Shown piece by piece: positions 48,209 through 59,900 of a stretch of DNA of 64,000 nt. The stretch covers positions 196,861-260,860 of the forward strand of contig CAZHDO010000001.1 of assembly GCA_964531375.1 (NCBI GenBank), in the 5' to 3' direction. Each line of letters starts with the position of its first letter. Within the stretch, counting starts at the first letter, position 1. The notes under the pieces are model-generated. The model ran no database searches, was not told the origin of the DNA, and saw only the letters and a list, made by a program, of their open reading frames with translations. The translations under genes and the position numbers were made by a program. The DNA is from an uncultured Candidatus Saccharibacteria bacterium. GTDB taxonomy: Bacteria; Patescibacteriota; Minisyncoccia; Phycocordibacterales; UBA12445.

Positions 48209-49219
48209 TTAGTAATTAATTTTCATTGCTTTTTTAACTTCTTCCATTGTCGCGCTTGTTATTTTTCTTGCATTATTACTTCCGCTTTTTAGAATTTCCA
48301 TAATATAATCGGGATTCTTTGAAAGATATTCCCTTCTTTCTCTGATTGGAGAAATTATATTTTCAAGAACATCTGCCAGTCTATTTTTAATTAAAGTGTC
48401 CCCGAGTCCTCCTTTTTTGTAATTATCTTTTAGGTCATTAATTTCGTTTTGGTTAGGATCAAAAATTGTGAGGTAGTCGAACACCACATTACCCTCAACA
48501 TTTCCAGGGTCGCTCACATGAATATGTTTAGGGTCGGTATACATTTGCATCACTTTTTTCTTTATTGTTTCTCTGTCGTCTGCGAGAAAAATCGCATTGT
48601 TTAATGATTTGCTCATCTTCGCCCCTCCATCTATTCCGACAAGTCTTGGTGTTGTTGAAATAATTGGTTCAATTTTTTTGAAAGTTTCTCCGTATAAGGT
48701 ATTGAATTTATGTGATATTTCGTTTGCTTGTTCAATTACAGGAAGTTGGTCTTCTCCGACAGGGACAACATCTGATTTAAAAGAGAGCATATCTGCGGCC
48801 TGACTAATTGGATAGCATAAAAAACCAGCAGGCACATTTGTGGCATATCCTTTTTGTTTCATCTCCCCTTTTACTGTCGGATTTCTTTCGAGCCTTGAGA
48901 CGGTTACAAGGTTCATGAAAAAAATTGTTAGTTCGGCAATTTCAGGAATAAGTGATTGTATAAAAAAAGTTGTTTTTGCTGGATCCAGTCCAATAGCCAA
49001 ATTATCCAAAGCCACCTCTATGACATTATTTCTGACTTTGTCTGGATTGTCGGCGTTGTCTGTGAGTGCCTGGACGTCTGCAATCATTACAAATTGAGCA
49101 TATTCGTCTTGAAGTTTAAGTCTATTTTGAAGTGATCCTATATAGTGGCCCAAATGAAGCTTTCCTGTTGGACGGTCCCCCGTCATTGATATTTTTTTTG
49201 ATTTTGTATTCATTATCAA
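48209..49219 (-). CDS. trpS: Tryptophanyl-tRNA synthetase
   Basis: TGDRPTGKLHLGH, VPVGEDQ, KMSKS. Confidence 0.96.
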   Translation of the reverse strand: MIMNTKSKKISMTGDRPTGKLHLGHYIGSLQNRLKLQDEYAQFVMIADVQALTDNADNPDKVRNNVIEVALDNLAIGLDPAKTTFFIQSLIPEIAELTIFFMNLVTVSRLERNPTVKGEMKQKGYATNVPAGFLCYPISQAADMLSFKSDVVPVGEDQLPVIEQANEISHKFNTLYGETFKKIEPIISTTPRLVGIDGGAKMSKSLNNAIFLADDRETIKKKVMQMYTDPKHIHVSDPGNVEGNVVFDYLTIFDPNQNEINDLKDNYKKGGLGDTLIKNRLADVLENIISPIRERREYLSKNPDYIMEILKSGSNNARKITSATMEEVKKAMKINY

Positions 49220-49263
49220 ATTATCGTATCAAAAATACAGCTTTTTTGAAAGGGAGCGTTTCT

Positions 49264-50130
49264 TTATTTTATATAAACTATAAAATACCAAAGGAAAGCT
49301 GAAAAAATAAGGACTGCTATTTTATCTCTAAGATTATACTTAACAAAAGAAACTACTTTGTTTTCTGTTTCGGTATTTGAGATTTGACAAATACCCATAA
49401 AATTACAAATTTCTTCTTTGAGTTTTTCTTTTCCTGATACGATACTCAATTCATTGTTTCTGGCAATTGTTATAGTACCTCTCTCTTCTGACACCACGAT
49501 GGTCAACGCGTCAGTTCTCTCAGATAAACCTAGACCAGCTCGGTGTCTTGTTCCGATATTTGGATATTTTTTATAATTATCTGCAAGCGGTAAGTGTGCA
49601 CCAAACCTACTTACAACATCTCCTTCTATTAAAACGGCACCATCGTGACCTGGGGTTTTTGGATTAAAAATACTTATCAATAATGCTTCAGAAATTTTTC
49701 CATTAAGCGGTATTCCTCCATCAAGTACTCTTTCGAGATTTTGTGTTCCGGGAAGGACAATAAGCGCGCCGGTTTTTTTCTTTGCTAGTTGAGAGACTAC
49801 ATTTACAATAACATCTATGGAATTTGAGTTAATCGATATATTTTCTTTTGTTTCGGAGTAAATAAAAGATAAGGAAAAATTCTCAAAAAAACGTCTAATT
49901 TCTTTTTGAAAAATAACAACAAGAATAATAATAAAGAAAGAAACAAAAGACTGAAAAAGCGATGTTGTGAGTTTAAGGTTTAAAAATACAGCAAGAATAT
50001 AAAAAACAACTAGCGCAAAAAAGCCTCGTAAAATATATATAGACCTTGTTTTTCTTAGAATTACAAGGGCTGTATATAAGATAAAAGCTGTTGTTAATAC
50101 GTCGACTATTTCTAAAAAAATTGTTACCAT
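49264..50130 (-). CDS. cdaA: Diadenylate cyclase (CdaA/DacA type)
   Basis: Three N-terminal TMs, HDGA, GTRHRA, VSEERG motifs. Confidence 0.92.
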   Translation of the reverse strand: MVTIFLEIVDVLTTAFILYTALVILRKTRSIYILRGFFALVVFYILAVFLNLKLTTSLFQSFVSFFIIILVVIFQKEIRRFFENFSLSFIYSETKENISINSNSIDVIVNVVSQLAKKKTGALIVLPGTQNLERVLDGGIPLNGKISEALLISIFNPKTPGHDGAVLIEGDVVSRFGAHLPLADNYKKYPNIGTRHRAGLGLSERTDALTIVVSEERGTITIARNNELSIVSGKEKLKEEICNFMGICQISNTETENKVVSFVKYNLRDKIAVLIFSAFLWYFIVYIK

Positions 50131-50241
50131 TTTTGTTAAACTTTAATTATGAAATTTAAAAATAAAAATAATAAAAACATCTTATCATAATAAACTATAT
50201 AACTAAAACGCCCGCAGAATAGTTGCAGGCATTTTGGATTA

Positions 50242-51459
50242 TTAGTATCCCAGGAGTTTTTTGGCCTTGTCGTGTTCTCTTATTTTTTCATGCGCCTTAG
50301 CCTCAATTTGTCTGATTCTTTCTCTGGTTACTCCGAATTCTTTTCCGACTTCCTCTAGCGTTCTCATCACACCATCAACCAAGCCGTGTCGCATTTCCAA
50401 AATCTTTCTCTCTTTCGGAGTTAGGTCATCAAGTATTTCTTTGATCTGATCAGAGAGTATTCTTCTTGCTGTTTGATTATCAGGTGAAATAATTTTGTCG
50501 TCAGGAAGGAAATCTCCCAGTGAGGAATTGTCGTCATCGTTTCCAACAGGTGTTTCAAGCGACACTGTTCCTTGGTCTATTTTTTCTATTATGTGAACTT
50601 TTTCTATTTCTATACCCATTTCAGTTGCTATTTCTGACGAGAGAGGTTCTCTTCCTAGATCCTGAGAAAGTCTTCTAACAACCTGTTTATATTTTGCGAT
50701 GGTTTCAACCATGTGAACAGGTATTCTGATTGTCCTCGATTGGTCTGCTAGTGCTCTTGTTATTGCTTGCCTAATCCACCAGGTCGCATATGTAGAGAAT
50801 TTATAACCCTTGGTCCAGTCAAATTTTTCAACAGCTTTAAATAAGCCCAAATTTCCTTCTTGAATAAGATCAAGTAAGGTGAGGTCGGAACTTCTTCCGA
50901 TAAATTTCTTAGCAATGGAGACAACAAGTCTTAGGTTTGCTCGAACAAGGGCGCTAGTTGCTTCCTTATCCCCTGTTTCGATTTTTCTTGCTAGATCTTT
51001 TTCGTCGCTAGCTGAGATTAGTTTGTACTGACCAATTTCTCTTAAATACATTTGAACAGAATCGAGAGCAGGATCACCATGTCCTCCTCTTTTTCTTTCG
51101 TAAAGGTTTTCCTCACCAGCCTCAAGTAAACCACCACTGTCTAAAATATCAATTCCAAATTGAGAAAGTTTTTCGTATAGGTCCTCAAGAAACAAAACAT
51201 TGTCTTCGATTTCCGGAAACTCTTTGATTATTTCGTTGTATGTTACGAAGTGTCTTTTTTTGCCAATTTCAATTAGCTTTTCAGCCTTCTTTTCCCAGCT
51301 TTCTTCTTTTTTAGGAACTTTTTCTTTTTTTACAAATTTAAAATCCTTATTTGTGTTTGGGGAGGTTTTCTTCTTTATTTCTTTTTTGGGAGTGTGCGCG
51401 TTGTTTTTTGGAACAGTTTTTTTCTTCACTTCTTTGGATTTAATATTTTTTTTAATCAT
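50242..51459 (-). CDS. rpoD: Primary sigma factor (sigma70/SigA)
   Basis: [52 protein letters not shown]; follows dnaG. Confidence 0.96.
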   Translation of the reverse strand: MIKKNIKSKEVKKKTVPKNNAHTPKKEIKKKTSPNTNKDFKFVKKEKVPKKEESWEKKAEKLIEIGKKRHFVTYNEIIKEFPEIEDNVLFLEDLYEKLSQFGIDILDSGGLLEAGEENLYERKRGGHGDPALDSVQMYLREIGQYKLISASDEKDLARKIETGDKEATSALVRANLRLVVSIAKKFIGRSSDLTLLDLIQEGNLGLFKAVEKFDWTKGYKFSTYATWWIRQAITRALADQSRTIRIPVHMVETIAKYKQVVRRLSQDLGREPLSSEIATEMGIEIEKVHIIEKIDQGTVSLETPVGNDDDNSSLGDFLPDDKIISPDNQTARRILSDQIKEILDDLTPKERKILEMRHGLVDGVMRTLEEVGKEFGVTRERIRQIEAKAHEKIREHDKAKKLLGY

Positions 51460-51564
51460 ATTTCTTAGTGGTGATATTTTAGTTTATTAAATTATATTTT
51501 TGAGGATTTGCTTTAATAAAATATTAGTTAAATTTTATAATAAATACTTTAATAACTAAAATAA

Positions 51565-53295
51565 CTACGTGGCCTTTCTTATGTCCTCCAGCTCCTTGCT
51601 TAGTCTTTGGAACTCCTTAAGGTAAATTGCTGTCTTATCAATTTCATTATTTTTTTCTGCCTTTTTTATTTTTTGCCACTCAGCGTCTCTTTGTTTTCTT
51701 AAAATTTCCTCTTTCAGCGATAAAATTAGATCATTTAACGCCGAGGAAAGATCATTTGAACCCTGGAACGGTATTTCAATTTCCAAAATAAGTGCATCTT
51801 TGCTTAAAGAAAATGTGGTATCGATTTTTTTGTATTCATCTTCTCCTATTAGACTTACAAATGTGGTTTTCTTAAGGGCGATATCTTCTATTGGTTTTGG
51901 TTCCCTTTCTTGCCAAACGATAAATGACCAAATTCTTTTTTTAAGACTATCTTCTTTAGAAAATTCCTGCAGTATCTTTTGTTTGAGTTCTGGCGTTTTT
52001 TCTATATTTTCCTTGCCCAGTTGTGTGTTTATTTTTTTTAATTCATCCCAGATAGCATTTTCTGATATCTTTAAAATTTCTGAAATTTTATTGACAAACT
52101 TGGCCTGCTCGATTTTACTTTTTATGTTTGAAACATATGGCAATACTTGAGTTTCAATTTCTTTCGATAGCTTGCTTTCTGAAATATCAGAGTTTTGTAA
52201 GGAGTCTAGGAAGAAGTCGACAATATGTTTTGAATTACCAACGGTATTTTTCCAGTCTTCTGGGTTTTTTCGCACAACATCCGCTGGGTCTAACTGGTCT
52301 GGTAGGTTGGCGAGTCTAACCTCTATCCCCATAGACAAGGCTAGGTTTATTGCTCTTGCAGAAGCTTTTAGTCCTGCCGAATCGCCATCAAAGGCCATTA
52401 TCATCTTTTCTGCTAATCTATTTATGATAGAAAGGTGCTCTTCGGTTAAAGCTGTTCCAGATACCGCAACTGCATTTTCTACTCCGGCCTGATGGGACAT
52501 TACTAGATCGAATTGTCCCTCTACAAGTATGCACTCATTCTTTTGTCTGATTGGAACTTTCGCTTTATCTATCCCAAACAAAGCTTTTGATTTGTCGTAA
52601 ACTATCGTTTGTGGAGAATTAATGTACTTTGCTGGCGCCGGCTTACTGTCATCTTTTTTTAATTCAAGTATTCTTCCAGAGAATCCAACGGGAGAACCAG
52701 ATGCACTAAAAATCGGAAACATTAAACGACTTCTGAATCTATCGTAATATCCGCTTTCTGATTTTATAATTAAACCAGCTGTCTCCATTTCCTTTTCTGA
52801 ATATCCTAATTTTTTAAGGTTATCGTAAAGCAATCTCCAACCCTCGGGAGCAAAACCTATTTTAAATTTAATTACGGTTTCTCCCTTTAATCCTCTTTCT
52901 TTTAGATAATCTAGTGCGTGTTTGTTTTTTACAAGCTCCTTTCTGTAGAATTCAATGGCGGAGTTTAATAAAGAAAAAATCCTTCCTTTTTCTGATTTTT
53001 CGTATTTCTCTTCACTGTCGATTTTTATGCCAGCTTTTTCTGCGAGTATTTTTAAGGCCCCAATAAAATCAACCCCCTCGATGTCCTCAACAAAGCTTAT
53101 TATATCCCCGCCTTTATCACACCCAAAGCAGTGATAACTCTCTCTCCCTGGCGATACATAAAAAGAAGGGGTTTTTTCGTTATGGAATGGACACTTTGCT
53201 TTGAAGTTTCCTCCTGCTTTTTCAAGTTTCAGGTAAGAGCCAATAACATCAACAACACTCAGTCTTGCTTTGATTTGTTCTACTGCTGAAGACAT
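51565..53295 (-). CDS. dnaG: DNA primase
   Basis: CPFH...CFGC zinc finger, YDRFRSR, KYINSPQT, VEGQFD, FDGD, DPAD. Confidence 0.97.
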   Translation of the reverse strand: MSSAVEQIKARLSVVDVIGSYLKLEKAGGNFKAKCPFHNEKTPSFYVSPGRESYHCFGCDKGGDIISFVEDIEGVDFIGALKILAEKAGIKIDSEEKYEKSEKGRIFSLLNSAIEFYRKELVKNKHALDYLKERGLKGETVIKFKIGFAPEGWRLLYDNLKKLGYSEKEMETAGLIIKSESGYYDRFRSRLMFPIFSASGSPVGFSGRILELKKDDSKPAPAKYINSPQTIVYDKSKALFGIDKAKVPIRQKNECILVEGQFDLVMSHQAGVENAVAVSGTALTEEHLSIINRLAEKMIMAFDGDSAGLKASARAINLALSMGIEVRLANLPDQLDPADVVRKNPEDWKNTVGNSKHIVDFFLDSLQNSDISESKLSKEIETQVLPYVSNIKSKIEQAKFVNKISEILKISENAIWDELKKINTQLGKENIEKTPELKQKILQEFSKEDSLKKRIWSFIVWQEREPKPIEDIALKKTTFVSLIGEDEYKKIDTTFSLSKDALILEIEIPFQGSNDLSSALNDLILSLKEEILRKQRDAEWQKIKKAEKNNEIDKTAIYLKEFQRLSKELEDIRKAT

Positions 53296-53353
53296 AATGT
53301 TGTTAAGTTAAAACACATTTAAGTAAGCGCTACTGTTTTATAAAAACAGTTAC

Positions 53354-56300
53354 TTATTCTACGACCTCTGCTTCAGTATTTTCGGTTCTTTTTTTGCTCA
53401 TATTAACAAACCCTGTTCCTGCTGGAATTAGTCTACCGATTATGACGTTTTCTTTTAGGCCCTTAATAACATCAACCTTTCCTTGTGTTGCTGCGTCAAT
53501 GAGTATTCTTGAGGTATTCTGGAAAGATGCTGCTGATAACCAACTTGTAGTAGTCAAAGAAACTTCTGAGATACCTAGGACCAGCTCTTCTGCCTTGGCT
53601 TTTTCTCCGGTTGTTTCGTTGTTTACTTTGTTGAATTCTGAAGATTCAATAACAGATCCCTCAACAAAATCAGTGTCGCCAATGTTTGTAACTCTCTTTC
53701 TTGAAAACATCTGTTTTAAAATAACTTCAATGTGTTTTCTTGAGATTGCGTTGGCCTGCATTGCATATATTTTTGAAATTTCATTCAAAATATAGTCTTC
53801 AGCCGCTTCTTTTCCACCGAGCTTAAACAGTTCGTTAATATTTACAGAACCATCGGTTAGAATGTTTCCCTTTTTAACCTCTTGACCTACTTTTGCCAAA
53901 ATTGTTCTTGGGAATGGAACAGCGTGCTCAACTGAAGTTTTTTCGCCATTAACTTCTCCTGCAATAGTGATTGATTTTTCTTTACTATTGTTTTTGATAT
54001 CAAGAACTTCGCCATCTATTTCTGCAACAACGGCATTGTTCTTCGGTGCTCTTTTTTCAAAGATTTCCTCGACTCTTGGGAGACCCATTGTGATATCTCC
54101 TCCAGCTTCAGAAACACCTCCTGAGTGGAACGTTCTCATTGTAAGCTGTGTTCCTGGTTCACCGATAGCTTGGGCTGCAACAATACCCACAGCCTCTCCT
54201 AGCTTTACTAGGTGATTTCTACCAAGATCCATTCCATAGCATTTCTGACACACACCGTGAAGTGATCTACAGGTTAATGGTGAGAATACTGTAACTTGAC
54301 TGAGCTTAGCTTCTTCTATTATTTTAGCGTCTTTCTTTGTTAATAGGTGGTGTTTTTTGAATATAACATTTCCGTCATTGTCTAATAGGTCTTGTGCCAA
54401 TATTCTACCCCTGACTGCGTTTCCGATGTTTGTTTCAAGAATGTTTTTTGCGTAAAGTATTCTTCCTTTCTCATCTCCACAGTCTTCTTCTGTAACAACA
54501 ACATCCTGGGAAACATCAACAAGCCTTCTTGTTAGATATCCAGCTTTTGAGGTGTTTAGTGCTGTGTCTGCGAGACCCTTTCTTGAGCCGTGTGTTGTAA
54601 TGAAGTATTCAATAGGTGACAGTCCTTCTTTGTATGATGGTATAACTGGGAATTCAAGTGTTTGTCCAGATGTATTAACAATAAGACCTTTCATACCGCA
54701 CATTTGACTAAAAGCCGCGATGTTTCCTCTTGCCTTTGATGCCATCATGTCGTGAACACCTCCATCCTTATCAAATGTTCCTGGAACTAATTTTTGAATA
54801 TCGTCTTTAAATTTACTCCAAGTGGATATTATCATCTTTCTTCTCTCGTCGCTTGTGATAAGACCCTCATCGAAATTATTTTCAATTTCAGATACAACTT
54901 TCTTGGTCTTCTTGACCATTTCAGGTTTTTCGGTTGGAACTCTAAGGTCGCCAATACCCCAAGTAATACCGGACATCGTAATGTATTTGAAACCGAAGTT
55001 TTTAATTCTGTCTAGGATATCGGGTACAGCGTCGGTTCCATATATTTCGATTAAATCTTCAATGAGCGCTTGAATTTCTTTTCCTGTTATCTCGTGGTTT
55101 AGGTATTTAAAATCTGAAGGAAGAACACTGTTAAAAAGAATTCTACCAACTGAAGTTTCAAATATTTTCCCATCAAATTCTCTATATTTTTTACTTTCCC
55201 CACCCATAATCTTGATTTTTGCTCTGAAACCAACCTGTCCATAATCATAAGCTGTAATGGCCGCGTTTGGTGTTGGGAACATTTTTCCCTCACCTTTATC
55301 GCCATCGAGTGTTCTTGTCATCCAGTAACATCCAAGCACAATATCAAGTTTTGGTGTAACAATAGGATCTCCTGTTCCCGGTCTAAGGAGGTTCTTTGCA
55401 GAGCACATAAGCTCTCTTGCTTCTTCTTGTGCTTCGTCAGAAAGTGGGACGTGAACAGCCATTTGGTCTCCGTCGAAGTCGGCGTTAAAAGCCTGACAAA
55501 CTAGAGGATGGAGTCTTATTGCATTTCCTTCAATAAGTATAGGCATAAAAGCTTGTATACCTAGTCTGTGTAATGTAGGTGCTCTGTTTAGAAGTACATA
55601 TTTATTTTTAATAACGTCTTCTAAGATTGCCCAAACTTCTGGTACAGCATCTTCGATAAGTCTACCAGCTCCTCTTATGTTATAAGCAAGTTCTCTTTCA
55701 AGGATTTTTGAGATAACAAATGGCCTGAATAGTTCAAGTGCCATGTGTTTAGGAAGACCGCATTGACCAAGTTTAAGTTCTGGTCCAACAACAATAACGC
55801 TTCTTCCTGAGTAGTCGACTCTTTTTCCAAGAAGGTTTTGTCTAAATCTTCCTTGCTTTCCCTTAAGAATATCAGCTAAAGATTTTAGTGGTCTTCTTTG
55901 AGCAGAGCTCATTGCTCCTGCCGAACCACTTCCGTGTCTGATCGAATTATCTATAAGAGCATCAACCGCCTCTTGTAGAATTCTTTTTTCGTTTCTGAGA
56001 ATTACCTCAGGCGCACTAATTTCTATGAGTTTTTTTAATCTGTTGTTTCTATTTATAACTCTTCTGTAGAGATCGTTTACGTCTGAGGTTGCGTGTCTTC
56101 CTCCCTCAAGAGCCACCATTGGTCTTAATGCTGGAGGGATGATTGGGATGATTTTTAAGAACATCCATTCTGGCCTAATATTGGCCCTAATCATATGCTT
56201 CGCAAGATTTAATCTTTTTTGAATTTTAACAACATCTGCTGTTGTTGTTACTTTTAGTTTTTCTGTAAGTTTTACAACCAAATCGTTAAGATCCAATCTT

Positions 56301-56971
56301 TCAAACATTTTATATACAGCTTCGGCTCCAATATCTGATTCAAAGATTGTCCCGTACTTATAGGTAAATTTAATGTGAGTTGGTTCATCTAATACCAAAC
56401 CTTCTTTTATTGAGTTTATTTCTCTCTTGACCTCAAGTAAAGAGGTTTTTATTTTTTCCTTTGCTTCTTCGGAGTTTACTGTTTTTATTTTCGTTTTAAA
56501 TTCCCTATCAAGATCCTTTAGAACCCTATCTTTTTCTTCATTATTCACCTTTGTGATTATATACCCAGCAAAGTAAATAACTTTTTCAAGGTCAGCAATA
56601 GATAGGTTAAGTAATAGTCCGATTCTTGAAGGAATACCCCTGAGGAACCATATATGTGCAACTGGTGCAGCAAGTTCAATGTGACCCATTCTGTCTCTTC
56701 TTACAATTGACCTTGTTACTTCAACTCCACATTTTTCACAGATAATATCTTTGTATCTAATTCTTCTGTATTTTCCGCAGTAACATTCGTAATCTTTTTC
56801 AGGACCAAAAATTCTCTCATCAAATAACCCACCTCTTTCACTTCTTTGGGTTCTGTAGTTTATTGTTTCTGGTCTTGTGATTTCTCCGTGTGACCATTCG
56901 AGAATTTTTTCTGGTGAGGCAAGACGTATCAGTATCGAATTAAAATCTAATTGTTGTTCTTCGTTTTTCAT
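53354..56971 (-). CDS. rpoC: RNA polymerase beta' subunit
   Basis: NADFDGDQM, GKRVDYSGR, IGEPGTQLTMRTFH. Confidence 0.98.
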   Translation of the reverse strand: MKNEEQQLDFNSILIRLASPEKILEWSHGEITRPETINYRTQRSERGGLFDERIFGPEKDYECYCGKYRRIRYKDIICEKCGVEVTRSIVRRDRMGHIELAAPVAHIWFLRGIPSRIGLLLNLSIADLEKVIYFAGYIITKVNNEEKDRVLKDLDREFKTKIKTVNSEEAKEKIKTSLLEVKREINSIKEGLVLDEPTHIKFTYKYGTIFESDIGAEAVYKMFERLDLNDLVVKLTEKLKVTTTADVVKIQKRLNLAKHMIRANIRPEWMFLKIIPIIPPALRPMVALEGGRHATSDVNDLYRRVINRNNRLKKLIEISAPEVILRNEKRILQEAVDALIDNSIRHGSGSAGAMSSAQRRPLKSLADILKGKQGRFRQNLLGKRVDYSGRSVIVVGPELKLGQCGLPKHMALELFRPFVISKILERELAYNIRGAGRLIEDAVPEVWAILEDVIKNKYVLLNRAPTLHRLGIQAFMPILIEGNAIRLHPLVCQAFNADFDGDQMAVHVPLSDEAQEEARELMCSAKNLLRPGTGDPIVTPKLDIVLGCYWMTRTLDGDKGEGKMFPTPNAAITAYDYGQVGFRAKIKIMGGESKKYREFDGKIFETSVGRILFNSVLPSDFKYLNHEITGKEIQALIEDLIEIYGTDAVPDILDRIKNFGFKYITMSGITWGIGDLRVPTEKPEMVKKTKKVVSEIENNFDEGLITSDERRKMIISTWSKFKDDIQKLVPGTFDKDGGVHDMMASKARGNIAAFSQMCGMKGLIVNTSGQTLEFPVIPSYKEGLSPIEYFITTHGSRKGLADTALNTSKAGYLTRRLVDVSQDVVVTEEDCGDEKGRILYAKNILETNIGNAVRGRILAQDLLDNDGNVIFKKHHLLTKKDAKIIEEAKLSQVTVFSPLTCRSLHGVCQKCYGMDLGRNHLVKLGEAVGIVAAQAIGEPGTQLTMRTFHSGGVSEAGGDITMGLPRVEEIFEKRAPKNNAVVAEIDGEVLDIKNNSKEKSITIAGEVNGEKTSVEHAVPFPRTILAKVGQEVKKGNILTDGSVNINELFKLGGKEAAEDYILNEISKIYAMQANAISRKHIEVILKQMFSRKRVTNIGDTDFVEGSVIESSEFNKVNNETTGEKAKAEELVLGISEVSLTTTSWLSAASFQNTSRILIDAATQGKVDVIKGLKENVIIGRLIPAGTGFVNMSKKRTENTEAEVVE

Positions 56972-56985
56972 TTTATTAGATATGA

Positions 56986-59900
56986 TTAGATGTTTTTAAG
57001 TTCCACATCAAGCGCAAGACCTTTTAATTCGTTTACTAACACACTAAATGATGCAGGAATATTTGGCGCCTTAATTTTTTCTCCCTTGACAATAGAGTCG
57101 AATGTTGATGATCGACCAACGATGTCGTCTGATTTTATGGTTAACATTTCTCTTAGGATATGGGATGCTCCGTAACCCTCTAGCGCCCACACCTCCATTT
57201 CTCCAAATCTCTGTCCTCCACCTTGAGCACGTCCTCCAAGTGGTTGCTGTGTAATCAGTGAGTAAGGTCCAACAGATCTCATGTGAATCTTATCTTCAAC
57301 CATGTGGTGAAGTTTAAGCATGTACATGTATCCAATAGCTACGTCTTGATCGAACTGAACACCTGTTTGTCCGTCAAATAATTTAACCTTTCCAGTCTCT
57401 GGAAAACCTGCTTTTACCAATTCCTCTCGAATTTCTTCTTCTGTTACTCCCAAGAATGGGGGCGAAATCGCTTGATATTTTAAAGCATTAGCAGCTAGTC
57501 CTAGGTGTAATTCTAGAATCTGTCCTAGGTTCATACGGCTTGGAACTCCAAGAGGTGTCAATATAACATCGACTGGTGTGCCGTCTTCCATATATGGCAT
57601 ATCCTCTATTGGTAAGATTCTTGCGACAATACCTTTGTTTCCGTGTCTACCTGAAAGCTTATCTCCAACAGAGATGTTTCTTAATTGAGCTACTTCGATA
57701 CAAATTCTCTTTATTATTCCTGATTCAAGTTTATCGCCTCTTTCTCGTGAGAACACCTTTACGCTTACGATTCTTCCTCTCTTCCCGTGTTCCATTCTTA
57801 GTGAAGTGTCTTTAACGTCTCTTGATTTTTCTCCGAAAATAGAGCGAAGCAATCTTTCTTCTGGTGTAAGCTCGGTTTCTCCTTTTGGAGTAATTTTACC
57901 AACTAAAATATCGTTTGGGTGAATTTCAGATCCAACTTTTATAATACCGTCTTCGTCTAGGTTTTTTAATTTACCCTCTCCAACGTTTGGTATGTCGTGT
58001 GTTGTGATTTCAGGGCCAAGTTTAGTATCACGAACTGCCACCTCAAATTGTTCCATGTGAATACTTGTAAACTTGCTATTTTTTACAAGTCTTTCTGAAA
58101 GAATAATTGCGTCTTCGTAGTTGCTTCCACCCCAGCTCATAAATGCGATAAGCGCATTTTGTCCTATTGCTATTTGTCCTCTATCGCTGGTTGACGTATC
58201 TGCAAGAAGATCTCCTGCTTTAACTTTTTGTCCTAAGTTTACGACAGGTCTTTGGTGTGAAACTGTAAAGTTATTCGTTCTAGAGAAATTAACCAAAGGA
58301 TATTCTTTTTTCTCTCCCGCGTTTGTTTTAACTACAATATTTCTGGCATCAACAGAATAAATTTCACCATCGTCTTCGGCAAAAATAAGTCTTCCTGTAC
58401 TTTTAGCAGCTTCTTCTTCAATTCCTGTTCCAACAAGTGGTGCTTCTGTAATAACACAAGGTGTTGCTTGTTTCTGCATGTTAGAACCCATCAACGCTCT
58501 GTTTGCGTCGTCGTGTTCTAGAAAAGGAATCATTGAGGTTGCAATTGAGTAAGCCTGATTTGGTGCAACATCGATATAATCAACTTTATCCTTTTGTATT
58601 ATTCCTGGGTTTGAGTTTGTTCTTACCTCAATATTTTGTTCTATAAAGTTACCATTTTCGTCGTAAGCAACAGCTGCGTGTGCAATATTATGAGTCTCTT
58701 CTTCAAGAGCGTTCATGTAAGTAATCTTGTCTGTAATTCTTCCATTCTCAACTTTAATGTATGGAGTCTCAATAACACCAAGATCGTTTACTTTTGCATA
58801 GGAAGACAATTCCAAAATAAGACCAATGTTTGGACCTTCTGGTGTCTGAATAGGACAAACTCTGCCGTAGTGAGAAGAGTGAACGTCGCGGACCTCGAAG
58901 CCAGCTCTTTCTCTTGTGAGTCCTCCTTGTCCGAATGCAGATAGTTTTCTTAAATGCTCTAATTCTGAGAGAATATTTTCCTGACCCATAAATTGGGACA
59001 ATTGGTTTGTTGTGTAAAATTCTTTTATTCTGGCCTGAAGAGGTCTTGGATTGACCAGTTGGATTGGGAGAATTGTTTCGTTGTCTATAGTTGACATTCT
59101 ATCCTGAATGTTTCTTTTCATTTGAGACATACCAACTCTCATTTTGAGCTGTAACATTTCTCCAATACATCTAACTCTTCGAAGACCAAGGTGGTCAATG
59201 TCATCCTCTCTTGCGCCTGGTGTATTGTTTAATTCAATAACATGTTGGACTGCTTTTACTATATCTTCGAAAGAAAGGGTTTTAACCATTAGGTCACCTT
59301 CTTCTGTTGGTATACCAAATCTTTTGTTGAATCTAAACCTTCCAACCAAAGAGAGGTCATATTTTTCAGGACTAAAAACGTCGGTTAAAAATTCTTTAGC
59401 ACTTGCAACAGTGGCGATGTCGCTATCTCGTAACCTCTTGTATATTTCAACATAAGACTCATCAACTGTTTTTGCTGTGTCTTTTGCAAATGAATTTTTT
59501 ATGTAAGTTATTTCGTCGCCAGTTTTTTCACCAGAAACTACTTCTTCCATAGAGGCCATCTTTTCAAAAATACCAACTATTTCTGCATCTGTTTTTCCTT
59601 CGCCCAAAATTCTAAGCAAAGAAGAAACTGGGAATTTTCTTCTTCTGTCTATTCTGACATAAATAACATCATCTGCTTCTGTTTCGATTTCTATCCATGC
59701 TCCTCTTGCTGGGATTATTTTAGCACCAAAATATTTTTTACCCTTGTTCTCTTCTTCTGTGAAAAACACCCCATAGCTTCTTGCTAGCTGAGGCACAATA
59801 ATTCTTTCAACTCCGTTTATTATAAAAGTTCCATGTGGGGTCATGGCTGGGAAATCTGTTAAGAAGATTTCCTGTTCTTTTTCATAGTTAAGGATTTTGT

